64,000 nt of DNA from Candidatus Latescibacterota bacterium (GTDB taxonomy: Bacteria; Latescibacterota; UBA2968): NCBI GenBank assembly GCA_965198115.1, contig OZ240241.1, forward strand, positions 2,400,001-2,464,000, in the 5' to 3' direction. A model generated the notes under the pieces. The model was given only the letters and a program-made list of their open reading frames with translations. It ran no database searches and was not told the origin of the DNA. Below are positions 51,735-61,747 of the stretch, in pieces. A program made the position numbers and the translations under genes. Numbering within the stretch: the first letter of the stretch is position 1; every line of letters begins with the position of its first letter.

Positions 51735-53099
51735 CTACGGAATCGGCGCGAGATTCAACCGATCGGAGGCTCGGTCCAACACGGTCGTATCCTTGCGGGC
51801 GTGGAGCGCCGCCTCTCGGGCCTGGGCGACCAGATGGATCGCCGCGCCCGGGGCGCGCGTGTCGCGAAACTCTTCGACCATCCCCTGATGATGCTTCATC
51901 CCGTGCATCTCGGTGGCGCTGTCCCTTGCCGCCCACAAACCCAGCTCCGCCACCAGCCGATCCACGTCGCCGCCGGTTCCGCAATAGGTTTGCGCGTGGC
52001 TGGCAGCTCCGTTCGCGTCGTTCTGAACGATCGCCTCTCTGATCTCCTCGATACTCGATCGACCTCCAAGCGGTGATAGCGGCTCCAGATCCACCCCCGA
52101 CTGGGTCTCGGGTCCGAGCGTCCACAGCAACAGCCCTCTCGCCCCCAGCGCCGGAAACCTCCTGCCGACCCATCGCAGTGCGTTCGCACCCGTCATCGCG
52201 TGTATCCCCATCGGATTGGTCGACTCGCTCCGCGAGAACACCTCGGACGCCGCCAGTGAAACCGCGTCGGTGGCGCCCATCAAAGAGAGTCCGCCAGACA
52301 GTGCGGCCGCGATCACCTCCGCCAGCTCCTCGAGTGGGTGCGATAGCAGATCCTGACACAGGGATCCGATTCCCGTATCCTCCGAATCCTCATCCAATTG
52401 GATTTCCGACGGCAACCTCTCACGGACAAGCTTCTCGACGCGTTCCGCCGGAGGCGCGTCTGCCCAGACGGAAGGCATGAAGTTATAACGCACGACGGGG
52501 CGCAACAGGATGGGCGCAAGGTCCCACCCCAGGAAATCCAGCAAGCGGATGCTGTTCACGACCGCGATCAGCTTGTGTTCGTCGAACCGATAGTTGTTGA
52601 CCGCCACCCCCGCCAACGCCTCGAGCGCCACCTCTCTCGGCGCGCGGTCGAGCAGCCAGAGGAAGTAGTGCTCGGCGGCATTCGGAACATTGCATCTGAG
52701 GCATCCATAGAACGCCTCCACCGTCGCCTCGATGCTTCCCTCGCCGACCGGGTCGATCTCCGGCATCACGTAAGGTCCCGAGGCTGCATCGTGGATGTGC
52801 GCATTCGCCAGGGCCACATCCTGGACCAGCGGCAACAGACGTTCCTTCTCCGGCAGTCGTGTCATCGTATGCCGGATGCCGTGGAGCGCTGCCACCGGAT
52901 GCAAAGGACCCCCGTGATGCACGAACGGCATCTCCGTCGATCGGATCACGGCCAGCGTGAGCGCGGTCATCATCCGCTCTTCGGAGGCCCCTTCGAGAAG
53001 CTTTGCCGTCGTCTCCTCGACGATCTTCTCAGGCGGCGTTTCCTCGATGAAATGAACTAGGGGCTCGATGTCCTCGGAAAAGCGAATCCCCTGAGCCAT
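51735..53099 (-). CDS. Hypothetical all-helical protein with internally repeated His motifs
   Basis: 454 aa; RBS GAGGA; HHGGPLH, DEHKLI, MGIHAMT, EMHGMKH. Confidence 0.7.
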   Translation of the reverse strand: MAQGIRFSEDIEPLVHFIEETPPEKIVEETTAKLLEGASEERMMTALTLAVIRSTEMPFVHHGGPLHPVAALHGIRHTMTRLPEKERLLPLVQDVALANAHIHDAASGPYVMPEIDPVGEGSIEATVEAFYGCLRCNVPNAAEHYFLWLLDRAPREVALEALAGVAVNNYRFDEHKLIAVVNSIRLLDFLGWDLAPILLRPVVRYNFMPSVWADAPPAERVEKLVRERLPSEIQLDEDSEDTGIGSLCQDLLSHPLEELAEVIAAALSGGLSLMGATDAVSLAASEVFSRSESTNPMGIHAMTGANALRWVGRRFPALGARGLLLWTLGPETQSGVDLEPLSPLGGRSSIEEIREAIVQNDANGAASHAQTYCGTGGDVDRLVAELGLWAARDSATEMHGMKHHQGMVEEFRDTRAPGAAIHLVAQAREAALHARKDTTVLDRASDRLNLAPIP

Positions 53100-53221
53100 A
53101 CGATCGTCCTCTCAGATCCTATTGCGAGTTCGATGATCGAAACGGGCAGTCGTGCTCGTTTTCATTCCACCGCACCGTCCCGCTTCGATCGATTGTGGAT
53201 ACGTGGCAAGCAGAGCCTACG

Positions 53222-53260
53222 CATCGCGACCAAGATGCGATGACAGGGAACGCTGTGCAA
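53222..53260 (-). promoter_or_regulatory. HK-type promoter TTGCAC-17-CATCTT-7-ATG
   Basis: Shares CATCGCATCTTGGT with the 34.6 and 44.2 kb copies and upstream GATTGGG with the 22.6 kb copy. Confidence 0.6.
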
Positions 53261-53333
53261 TTGCGACCGATTGGGACAATTACACACCTTCACGCAGAAG
53301 AGTGGATATAGATACTCAAACCCATTTTGCGCA

Positions 53334-54707
53334 GAGCTATAATCAAAAGGTGTGGAAAAAGAGAAAGGGCGACCCTACCCTTCCCGTGAGATAGTTGATT
53401 CACACAAAACCGGGTGAGAGGCCCGGTTGGGAAGGAGGATCGCCGTGAAGGAACATACGCATAGAGCCCCATTGAAGTCCATGCCGACGTGGGAGACGGT
53501 TGACGATTGGATCCGTGAAGAGATCCAGGGCCGGTTCCAGTCCATTCTGGAGGAGGAGGCGACCGCGTTCTTGGGCCGGTCGTGGTATGAGCGCCGAGCC
53601 GAGGTCGATAGCTCCAGGGGCTACAGGAACGGCTACGGCAAGCCCCGGCGTCTCTCGACGAGCTGCGGAACGATCAAGGTCCGGCGTCCCCGGGTTCGTG
53701 GTCTGGAAGAGCGGTTTGAAAGCCGCATCCTCCCCCTGTTCGCCCGGAGAACCAGGGCCATTGGAGATCTGCTTCCCGACCTTTATCTCCACGGTCTCTC
53801 CCAGGGCGACTTCGAGTTGTCTTTGCGTGCGCTGCTCGGTGATGGCGCGCCGCTTTCGCCGACCTCGATCGCTCGTCTTCGAGGGAAGTGGGAGGTCGAC
53901 TTCCAGGACTGGAAAGAAAGGCGTCTGGATAATCGCGAACTGGTCTACGCCTGGGCTGATGGCATCTACGTCAAAGCCGGGCTCGAGCGCGAGAAGGCGT
54001 GTCTGCTGGTCGTGATCGGCGCGATGAGCGACGGCAGCAAGGAGATCCTGCCGATAGAACCCGGTTATCGAGAGTCTACAGAATCCTGGCTCACGGTGCT
54101 ACGGGATCTCCGGGATCGCGGGCTCGAACATCCTGTCCTGATCGCCGCGGACGGGAATATGGGCATCTGGGCGGCCGTTGATCAGGTCTGGCCAGAGAGC
54201 CGGCAACAACGGTGCTGGAACCACAAGATCCTCAACGTGCTCGACAAGGTCGCCAAGCGTGCACAGGCTGAAGCCCGCGCACTGCTCGTCCAGATCCCCT
54301 ATGCCGGCACGAAAAAGGAGGCCGAGAAGCTCCGGAAACGCTTTGCCGCACGGTATCGCTCACAGTTCCCTGCCGCCGTGGAGACGCTCGAAAGAGACTG
54401 GGATCGGATGGTCACGTTCTACGACTTCCCGAAGGAACACTGGAAACACCTGAGAACCACGAACGTCGTCGAGAGCCCCTTTGCTTCCGTTCGGCTTCGC
54501 ACAAACGCCGCCAGGCGATTCAAGAAAGTCAGGAACGCCACGACTCTCATCTGGCGTACGCTCAAGGTCGCAGAGAGCCGATTCAGGAAACTCACCGCGC
54601 CACACTTGCTACAACAAGTCTACGATCAGAAACACTCAACCGGACCGCAGGTCGAAGCCGGGAAGATGGCCGCCTGATTTCTTTTACACACCTATTGACC
54701 TGAGCTC
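53334..54707 (+). mobile_element. IS256-family element; transposase 53445-54677
   Basis: TIRs GAGCTATAATCAAAAGGTGTG / GAGCTCAGGTCAATAGGTGTG; TSD TTTTGCGCA/TTTTGCGAA; YRNGY, WADG, DG, QRCWNH, RTTNVVES. Confidence 0.93.
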
Positions 54708-54727
54708 TTTTGCGAACCTCATTTCGC

Positions 54728-54987
54728 GTCTTCTCTTTTGTGACCAAAGAGAAGCTGAAAAGTCCCGTTTCCCTCGGTACAGCCGCTTACGCGGCCACTC
54801 GGGACAGGCACGCGCCGCGGGGGCTTGTGGCCCACGCCGGCAGTACGATCCAGCTTGGTGACGGCTGTGGTGGTGACCCGGGGTCAGGATGTGAAACAGC
54901 CTCGTTGCTCGTGGCCGCCTTTACCTGGTCCGCTATTGCGTGGGAGATGGGCTGTCTCAACAGTCTTAAGGAGCGCTTGGTTTTCTA
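54728..54987. repeat. Dispersed ~270-bp repeat, copy 3
   Basis: Colinear with copies 1 and 2, same orientation. Confidence 0.9.
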
Positions 54988-55191
54988 AATCCATCCACAT
55001 TGAAGCGTGGAACCCTCATAAGTTTTCATGACGAAAGCTTCGCAGTTTATGTAGCCGTGGACGAAACTCGATGGGCTTGACAGAGCAGTTGGCACCCTGT
55101 ATGATGCGACACCGCCCCGCCGGAGGAATCCGAGCGGGGCGTTTCCTTTCCCATCTGCTACCCGCCCCTTGCGTAACGGAGGAGGTATGGC

Positions 55192-55380
55192 GTGCAGAAT
55201 CTCACGAACATTCTCGTTGGACTGTCTTTGCTGGCTTTTGTGCTGGCCGTCGTCGGGGCGGCGGTGACACACGGCAGCATGCTTGGTGTTGCACCCGAAG
55301 GCTATTCGAGGGCCTGCAGCAATCTCGCGCTGATTTCACTCGCACTGCGTTTCTGTACTGGTCAGCGCGAAGCTCAATAG
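55192..55380 (+). CDS. Small two-TM membrane protein
   Basis: RBS GGAGG; two hydrophobic segments around PEGYSRAC. Confidence 0.65.
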   Translation: MQNLTNILVGLSLLAFVLAVVGAAVTHGSMLGVAPEGYSRACSNLALISLALRFCTGQREAQ

Positions 55381-55457
55381 CCTCGCCAGATCATCGGTGG
55401 CTTTCGGACTTGGTTAAGGGGTTGGGCTGCATCAAATATGGATCAGATGCGTCGCGC

Positions 55458-56207
55458 CTACACGAATTTCAGATCCGCCCAGACGCCAGCGTGGTCGGAA
55501 GGCCATAGGGTCGGGTCGTTCGGGTCGGGCTTGTTGAAGCAGACGCCGCTGGCCTCGACTTCGAGCGGGCCCGCCACCCAGATGTAATCGATACACCGAT
55601 CCATGCGATCCCAATAGGGATGTGAGATGGTTCCATCCGTGTCTTCAAGAGGGGTGAAGGCGGTGGGCTCGGTCTGCGTCGGGTGGAATCGTGTTGCCAT
55701 CAGGCCCGCGGAAGGCATGCCCAGCGTGGCGTTGAAATCGCCGCACACAACACGTGCCTCGACATCGTTTCGGGATTCGATCCACGCCATGAGTTGCTGA
55801 ACCTGAAATAGCCTGAGTGAATCGTCGCCCCGCGACCCGTAAAGGTGGGTCACGTAAACATCCAGCACCCGTTCCTCGATCTCTACCCTCGCCACTTGCG
55901 CCACTGTATTCAGGGTTCGGTAATCCAGATTAGCCGTTTCAACGACAGGGTGGCGCGTCAGAATGGCCTCACCATCGACGGTTGACGAGCCGTTGGTCTT
56001 GGATTGTTGGATCAGCGCATAGGATATTCCGAGCGTTTCCTCGGCCCATTGTTGAAGCCAGCGCCCCGTCTGCTTGGGGATGCAGACCTCGTTGAGTGCG
56101 AGTATGTCGGGTTTGAGTGCCTCCACTTCCCCGACAACAAGATCTCTCCTCGCTTCCCAGCGTTTGTGGTTCTGCTCGTGATTCAGTGTGGCGACCCTGA
56201 AGCCCAT
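55458..56207 (-). CDS. Endonuclease/exonuclease/phosphatase (EEP) family protein
   Basis: VATLN, DILALNEV, THL, GDFN, IDYI, SDH. Confidence 0.92.
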   Translation of the reverse strand: MGFRVATLNHEQNHKRWEARRDLVVGEVEALKPDILALNEVCIPKQTGRWLQQWAEETLGISYALIQQSKTNGSSTVDGEAILTRHPVVETANLDYRTLNTVAQVARVEIEERVLDVYVTHLYGSRGDDSLRLFQVQQLMAWIESRNDVEARVVCGDFNATLGMPSAGLMATRFHPTQTEPTAFTPLEDTDGTISHPYWDRMDRCIDYIWVAGPLEVEASGVCFNKPDPNDPTLWPSDHAGVWADLKFV

Positions 56208-56312
56208 GTGCCCTGTTTTTCAAAGATGAGGGGTGACATAGCAAACTGAGTGACTCGCGGGGTTCGTTTCCTCAGAGGTCGGATTACGGCCGATTGGGGA
56301 AGCGCCGGTTTC

Positions 56313-57371
56313 TCAAGACTTCACACCTTCAACAATGCTCGTGCCAAAGTTGTCTTGTAGGGGTGTGATGGATTTTACCGCAAAGTTCGCGGTAGCGAAC
56401 AGATCTTCCCATTGCTTCTGGGTTCGCTCCTTACCCGGGATGAACACCATCATATCGATGTCGAGGAACTTGCCGGGCGGACTCCCCGTATCCCCCATGG
56501 GTGGCAATACGGCGTCGATGCAGATCACACGCCCGTCGCCCTCCATACTGGTATGGCAATTCTCGAGAAGCTTGATGCATCGAGCATCGTCCCAATCGTG
56601 GATGATGTGTTTCATGATGTAGACTTCAGCCGGTGGTACCGCCTCGAACATATCTCCGCCAGCGAACTCGAGTCTCGATGCGACCTCCGTGTCTTCATCC
56701 GCCAGATGCTTCTGCGCGATCGGAATGAGACTCGGGACGTCAAGAACGACGCCCTTCATGCCGCCATACTTGGCCAACACGGCAAGGGCGAGGTGTCCGA
56801 ATCCTCCTCCCACATCCGCGACTTTCTTGACGCCCGTCAAGTCACAGGATTCGAGGAGACCCCGTATGGAATTGAGGCTATTGGACTTCATGGCCTCCCC
56901 GAAATCTTCCATCTCCTTGGGGTTCGCTATGCAGTAGTCCCAGTACTCCATGCCGAGTTGAGCCTTCGCCTGCGGCCCTCCCGTCCTGATGGCGTCAAAC
57001 AGACCGGTCCAGACTTTCCACCACGTACCCCCGAAGCATTCGGTCAGTTTCTTAACTGACGCGGATGAATTCAACGTGAGCACTTCGGACAGCGGGGTGG
57101 GTCCGAACGTGCCGCTGGCATCCTCAGTGAAGATGCCGACGCTCGCGCAGGCACGCAGAATCCGCTCGAGGAACTCGGGATTGGCCTCGACGTCGTGGTT
57201 CTGGACGAGCTCCGATGCCGTCAGCGATCCGTGCTCCTGGAGTAGATCGGGAACGTCCAGACGGGTCACAGAAGAAATCGTCTGAGACACCCACGCTCCC
57301 ATGACCATCTGCATCACGATTGCCTGTGGTGGGATATCCGTAGCAGGCCCCTGCTCAGCATTCGGTGCCAT
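56313..57371 (-). CDS. SAM-dependent O-methyltransferase (Methyltransf_2)
   Basis: DVGGGFG, GDMF, KHIIHDWDD, GKERT. Confidence 0.92.
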   Translation of the reverse strand: MAPNAEQGPATDIPPQAIVMQMVMGAWVSQTISSVTRLDVPDLLQEHGSLTASELVQNHDVEANPEFLERILRACASVGIFTEDASGTFGPTPLSEVLTLNSSASVKKLTECFGGTWWKVWTGLFDAIRTGGPQAKAQLGMEYWDYCIANPKEMEDFGEAMKSNSLNSIRGLLESCDLTGVKKVADVGGGFGHLALAVLAKYGGMKGVVLDVPSLIPIAQKHLADEDTEVASRLEFAGGDMFEAVPPAEVYIMKHIIHDWDDARCIKLLENCHTSMEGDGRVICIDAVLPPMGDTGSPPGKFLDIDMMVFIPGKERTQKQWEDLFATANFAVKSITPLQDNFGTSIVEGVKS

Positions 57372-57408
57372 CCTGTCCTCCTTTCGTGCTCCGGCTTATG
57401 GAATTGCT

Positions 57409-57492
57409 CTACTCTTGATACTCCACCGGCACCCGCACCGGAAACGCGCTTCCCTGTCCCACCTCACTCTTCGCACCGATCGTCCCACCCAG
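57409..57492 (-). pseudogene. HK tail remnant R10
   Basis: Encodes LGGTIGAKSEVGQGSAFPVRVPVEYQE*; 38 nt before the O-methyltransferase start. Confidence 0.9.
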
Positions 57493-57882
57493 AAACGGCG
57501 AGCGGGCGGTTTGTCTCTTTCACAATCGAACGACGTAATATAGGTCTCACTTCTGTAGGTTGGGGGAACGGATACGACTACGTGAGGTCTGAGCGCTTCA
57601 GCCAGCCTTTGGTGTAGGCAGGCCAGAGGGTCACCCAGGCGGCCATCATCATCCCGATGACCAGCGCCCGACTCTTCGGCAGAAGCGCACCTCCGTCGGG
57701 TGGTGGCGAGACTCGGTCTTCTGCAGGCAAGAGGTTTTCCTTTAGGGCACCTTCCTACGAGATCGAGGGCCGACGTCCGCCAGGCGCCCCCCGGAGCGTA
57801 CCACAGGACACGTATTGGGGGTAACTCGTAGTTCGTCCGGGTCAGCGGGGCGACACGCTCGACAGGTTCTCCTTCTCCCTTC

Positions 57883-59526
57883 TCACCGTGTGGTACGTGC
57901 GAGTGCTTCAAAGGCGCGAGCGACGGCCTCGGCTCCCGGGTCTGCGAATCCGGCCAGGCGGTCGCCGCCTACGTAGGATGATCTTCCGGCTATAGCCTTT
58001 TTCATTCTGGCTGTTTCGTCGGCCCCTTTTCGGGCCGCTTTTGCGGCGACGGCGATCGATTTTCCTTTCAGGAGCGCTTCGAGCCCCGGCAGGAGGGCAT
58101 CCAGCATGGTCCTGTCTCCGCGTTGTGCCCCGCCATACTGCATCATCTGCTTCGCCCCTTCCATCGTTGCGGACGGCCAGTCCGCTCTCTGTCCGTAAGC
58201 CTTTGCCGCTGAGGCGAAGAGGATCGCCATCAAAACGCCACTCGACCCGCCCATGTTCTGCGACAGTATATCGCTGAGTGTTTCGGCGAGCTCTGCTCCG
58301 TCAGCGCACGGCAGTTGATCGAGGTTGCGCCGTATGACGCGGGCCGCATTGCCGAAGGTCGTCCCCGTATCTCCATCTCCGGTACGTGAATCGAGGCGAT
58401 TGAGATCATCCTCGGCCGACACCAACGCTTTGCAGACGGCCTGGATGACGGCTCGTGCCGTCGGACCCGACGAGGCCGCGTGTCTCTTTTTCACTCCGGT
58501 TTTCGGCAGTTTGGCGGTTCTTACTTTGCCTTTCACGCGCACCCCGGGCCAACCGGGAACGCCCACCTCTGACAGGAGTGCCTTCTTTCGCTGCCCGGTC
58601 AGCCGCACGAGGGAGAGTGAGAAGCCGTTCATGTCGAGGGAGGTCATCAGGTGTGCGGGCCCGATGACCACATCGACTCTGTCGGCCAGCTTCGTCTTTC
58701 CAAAAGCGTGCGCGAGGATCGTCATTTCAAGCGGAGGAACCGCGCCGAGATTGTTGATCAGCAGCGCATACCGACTTCTGGAGGCGCCGATCGCTTTCTC
58801 GAGTCTGGCTGAAGCCATTCCGATCAGCCGTGTTGCGGATGCGAAGGCGATGCGTGAGACACCCGGTTCCCCGTGAATGCCGAGTCCCATTTCGGCCTCA
58901 TCGTCCTCGAGGTAGGCCTCTTTTATGCTCCCGGGAACGGTACACGTATCGAGCGAGAGACCGATCGAACAGGATTCATCAGCCGTCGTTCGTGCCACCT
59001 TCGTGACCTGCGCGAGCGACTGCCCCTCCGCTGCCGCATAGCCTGCAACCTTATGTACGAACAGCGTCCCTGCCACACCGCGGGGTTGGTGCGCTCCCGG
59101 TATGGCGATGTCGTCCCCCACGATCACCATTTCCACTTTACGGCCCATCGCTTTGGCGCGCTCAGCTGCGAGACCGAAGTTCAACCGATCGCCGGTGTAG
59201 TTCTTCACGATCAGAAGACAACCTGCGTCTCCGGTCATCGCAAGGATGGCCGAGAAAACGGCTTCCACCGTGGGGGACGCGAAGATTTCCCCGCACACGG
59301 CGGCCGTCAACATGCCCTCACCGACAAAGCCAGCGTGCGCCGGTTCGTGGCCGGACCCTCCCCCTGAAACAAGCGCGACCTTCGATTTATCCCAATCCGT
59401 CCGGACGATCACTTTGGTGTGGGGATAGCCCTCCAGACGGGCCAGCTTTTCGTTGGTCGTCGTCGCCAGGAACCCATCGATCGCTTCGGTAACGATGTGG
59501 GTCTTTGCGTTTATGAACCGCTTCAT
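57883..59526 (-). CDS. dhaK: Dihydroxyacetone kinase, fused DhaK-DhaL
   Basis: SGGGSGHEP, KNYTGD, GIHGEPG, GDGDTG, MGGSSG, GRSSY, DPGA. Confidence 0.93.
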   Translation of the reverse strand: MKRFINAKTHIVTEAIDGFLATTTNEKLARLEGYPHTKVIVRTDWDKSKVALVSGGGSGHEPAHAGFVGEGMLTAAVCGEIFASPTVEAVFSAILAMTGDAGCLLIVKNYTGDRLNFGLAAERAKAMGRKVEMVIVGDDIAIPGAHQPRGVAGTLFVHKVAGYAAAEGQSLAQVTKVARTTADESCSIGLSLDTCTVPGSIKEAYLEDDEAEMGLGIHGEPGVSRIAFASATRLIGMASARLEKAIGASRSRYALLINNLGAVPPLEMTILAHAFGKTKLADRVDVVIGPAHLMTSLDMNGFSLSLVRLTGQRKKALLSEVGVPGWPGVRVKGKVRTAKLPKTGVKKRHAASSGPTARAVIQAVCKALVSAEDDLNRLDSRTGDGDTGTTFGNAARVIRRNLDQLPCADGAELAETLSDILSQNMGGSSGVLMAILFASAAKAYGQRADWPSATMEGAKQMMQYGGAQRGDRTMLDALLPGLEALLKGKSIAVAAKAARKGADETARMKKAIAGRSSYVGGDRLAGFADPGAEAVARAFEALARTTR

Positions 59527-59605
59527 CGAGTCTCACTCAGCGTGGGTTTGCGTGTCTCTGCCACATCGATCTACTCACGGCCTCTCCACTCCTACGCCTA
59601 CGCCT

Positions 59606-60499
59606 CTACGGCAACAGGCGATAAGCTTCGGGCGGTGTGGCCGACGGGATGCGATGTGCCTCGGTCCGCTGCTGCGGCATATCGGTCGGGACGTATTTTT
59701 TCCCAAGCACCCTTTCAGGCATTGGAAGTTCGTCGTAGGTGATACCCTGTGGACGCAGAAACGGCTCGGCGTAAGCGCAGCCGGCGATCATCCCCCATCG
59801 GCCATCCCGGGCCTCGACGACCCACCGCGCACAATCCTCCTGATAGCCCTGGCTGACCAGCTGATCGATGGCGTGCACCTTCTTCTCGATGACGGGGGTC
59901 GTATCGATCCACACATCGGGCACGATCCCCCCGCCGAATACATTGCGCGAATTCAATTCCTCGCCGCCGGCGAACGAAAAGAAGACCTGCTTCACCCGGT
60001 GAGGCGCGATCCCATCGAATTGGGGCACTCTGTTGGCCGCCGTCCGCACTGCGCTCATCGTAATCTGGCCGACGATCGGGTGGTCGTCCTCGATATCACC
60101 CGCGCCCGTGGGCAAGTGGCTGATCACGATGTCGGGCCGAACCCTCAGGATGATCTCGCAGATCTCGACCACCTTCTCTCGCGAAAACGCGACCTCCTGA
60201 TCGGTCCACCCCAAAAACAGCAGCTCCTCGACCCCCAGGATCTCACCAATCCGCTCGGCCTCCCGCTGCTTGAAATCCCGGTACTGGGCGAGCGTCATCG
60301 TGGCCAGCGCCGGGTCACGCTCGTCCTCGGGCTTGGCTTCCTCGTCGTGTAGCCACTGCATGTGGTGGCGTTCGCCGTGTGTGACTATCACGCTAGTAAT
60401 GTGGTCGCCCCGCTCGGCGTGGAGGGCGATCGTGCCTGCGGCCTCGGTCGCACTGTCGGCGGGGTGTGGGTAGACAACCAGAATCTTGAATTTTTCCAC
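59606..60499 (-). CDS. PIG-L/LmbE-family deacetylase
   Basis: PHPAD, THGE, RPDIVISH, DDH, YAEPF. Confidence 0.85.
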   Translation of the reverse strand: MEKFKILVVYPHPADSATEAAGTIALHAERGDHITSVIVTHGERHHMQWLHDEEAKPEDERDPALATMTLAQYRDFKQREAERIGEILGVEELLFLGWTDQEVAFSREKVVEICEIILRVRPDIVISHLPTGAGDIEDDHPIVGQITMSAVRTAANRVPQFDGIAPHRVKQVFFSFAGGEELNSRNVFGGGIVPDVWIDTTPVIEKKVHAIDQLVSQGYQEDCARWVVEARDGRWGMIAGCAYAEPFLRPQGITYDELPMPERVLGKKYVPTDMPQQRTEAHRIPSATPPEAYRLLP

Positions 60500-60600
60500 A
60501 GCGTCGCTCCTTCAAAAAAGACAGGCCCGCTCTGAGGACCCATCCCTGACGAGGTCGAGGGCTCGAGAGCAGGACGGTTCTTCACCCACACGGAAGTGTA

Positions 60601-61671
60601 TCAAGGAAGCCGCGGAATCACCTCTGTTGCCATGAGCTCCATCGACCTGCGCATCTTGGGCTTGTCGTCCCAGTCGTGCGCGATCATCAGAATCGTGCCG
60701 AATCCTCCGGTCGTCTCGTAGAGATCGCGAAGTTTCCGAGTCACCGTGTCGACGCCGCCGACGATGGCGATGTTGTCGACGATGTAGTCCGCATCGACCG
60801 CCTCGTCGGTCATGGCGGGATCGATCTTCGGCAAAGCGAGCTTGCCGGCATTCTCGAGCATCCCTCGTAAGTACATGAGCGATCCGATGAACGGGCCGTT
60901 CAGCGCGTGCGCTCGGGCCTCTTCATCCGATTCCCCGACGAAAATGCTGCGGGAGATTCGCCAATCGGAGCGATCCGGTTCCGCACGTCCCGCTTCGACA
61001 GCGCCTTCGCAGCAGAGCTCCCAGTGACGCTTCACCTTGTGCGGTAGGGCCATGTTGATGCTGATCGGACTGAACCCTCTCTGACCGCACGCGCGGGCCG
61101 CCATCGATTCCTCCTGCACGATACTCATCGCGATCGGAGGGTGTGGCTGCTGGTAGGGCCGCAGAAGCTTGCCCAACCCCAGATGTGGAATCTCCCGGTC
61201 GATCTTAACCTCCCAATTGTCCCCCTTGAACTCGAACGGCACATCCGCCTCCCACAACTTGAACACGATGTCCATCGCCTCGATGGTCATCAACCCCTGC
61301 GTCCTCGGATCCGGAAGATCGAACAATCCCCAATCGGTCGGCACACCCCCCTGCCCAAAGCCCACATTCAGCCTGCCCTTCGACAGGTGGTCGAGATAGG
61401 CCAGCCGGACGGCCACGTTGGACGGATGGTGCTGGGTGATGATCGTCACGCCAGTGCCCAATCGAATGTTTTTCGTTTGCGGTATGACGTGAGCGATGAA
61501 AAGGTCGTTCGACGGGATCGGCTCCCACGCAGCCGTGTGGTGCTGACCGATCCAGGCTTCGCTGAAGCCAAGCTCATCCGCCAGAATGATGCACTCCGTA
61601 TCCTCTTCAAAGGTCTGCGTCCGATCCTTCTCAGGAGGATGCAGCGGCATCATGAACGAACCGACCTTCAT
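60601..61671 (-). CDS. Luciferase-like (LLM) flavin-dependent monooxygenase
   Basis: ADELGFSEAWIGQHH, IRLGTGV, LDHLSKGR, RPYQQPHPP. Confidence 0.92.
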   Translation of the reverse strand: MKVGSFMMPLHPPEKDRTQTFEEDTECIILADELGFSEAWIGQHHTAAWEPIPSNDLFIAHVIPQTKNIRLGTGVTIITQHHPSNVAVRLAYLDHLSKGRLNVGFGQGGVPTDWGLFDLPDPRTQGLMTIEAMDIVFKLWEADVPFEFKGDNWEVKIDREIPHLGLGKLLRPYQQPHPPIAMSIVQEESMAARACGQRGFSPISINMALPHKVKRHWELCCEGAVEAGRAEPDRSDWRISRSIFVGESDEEARAHALNGPFIGSLMYLRGMLENAGKLALPKIDPAMTDEAVDADYIVDNIAIVGGVDTVTRKLRDLYETTGGFGTILMIAHDWDDKPKMRRSMELMATEVIPRLP

Positions 61672-61747
61672 GGTTCACCTCTCGGGAGTTTGAGTTGGAG
61701 GGCCGAATTGCCACCGTGCGAATTTACGTCGGCGGTCGTGGATAGAC

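Noticed and set aside
57500-57880. Possible ncRNA or ORF between tail R10 and dhaK
   Set aside because: No recognisable motif, repeat or convincing reading frame.
37500-60352. Long antisense ORFs such as 37500-38393 and 59453-60352
   Set aside because: Shadow frames of well-supported genes, expected in GC-rich DNA.
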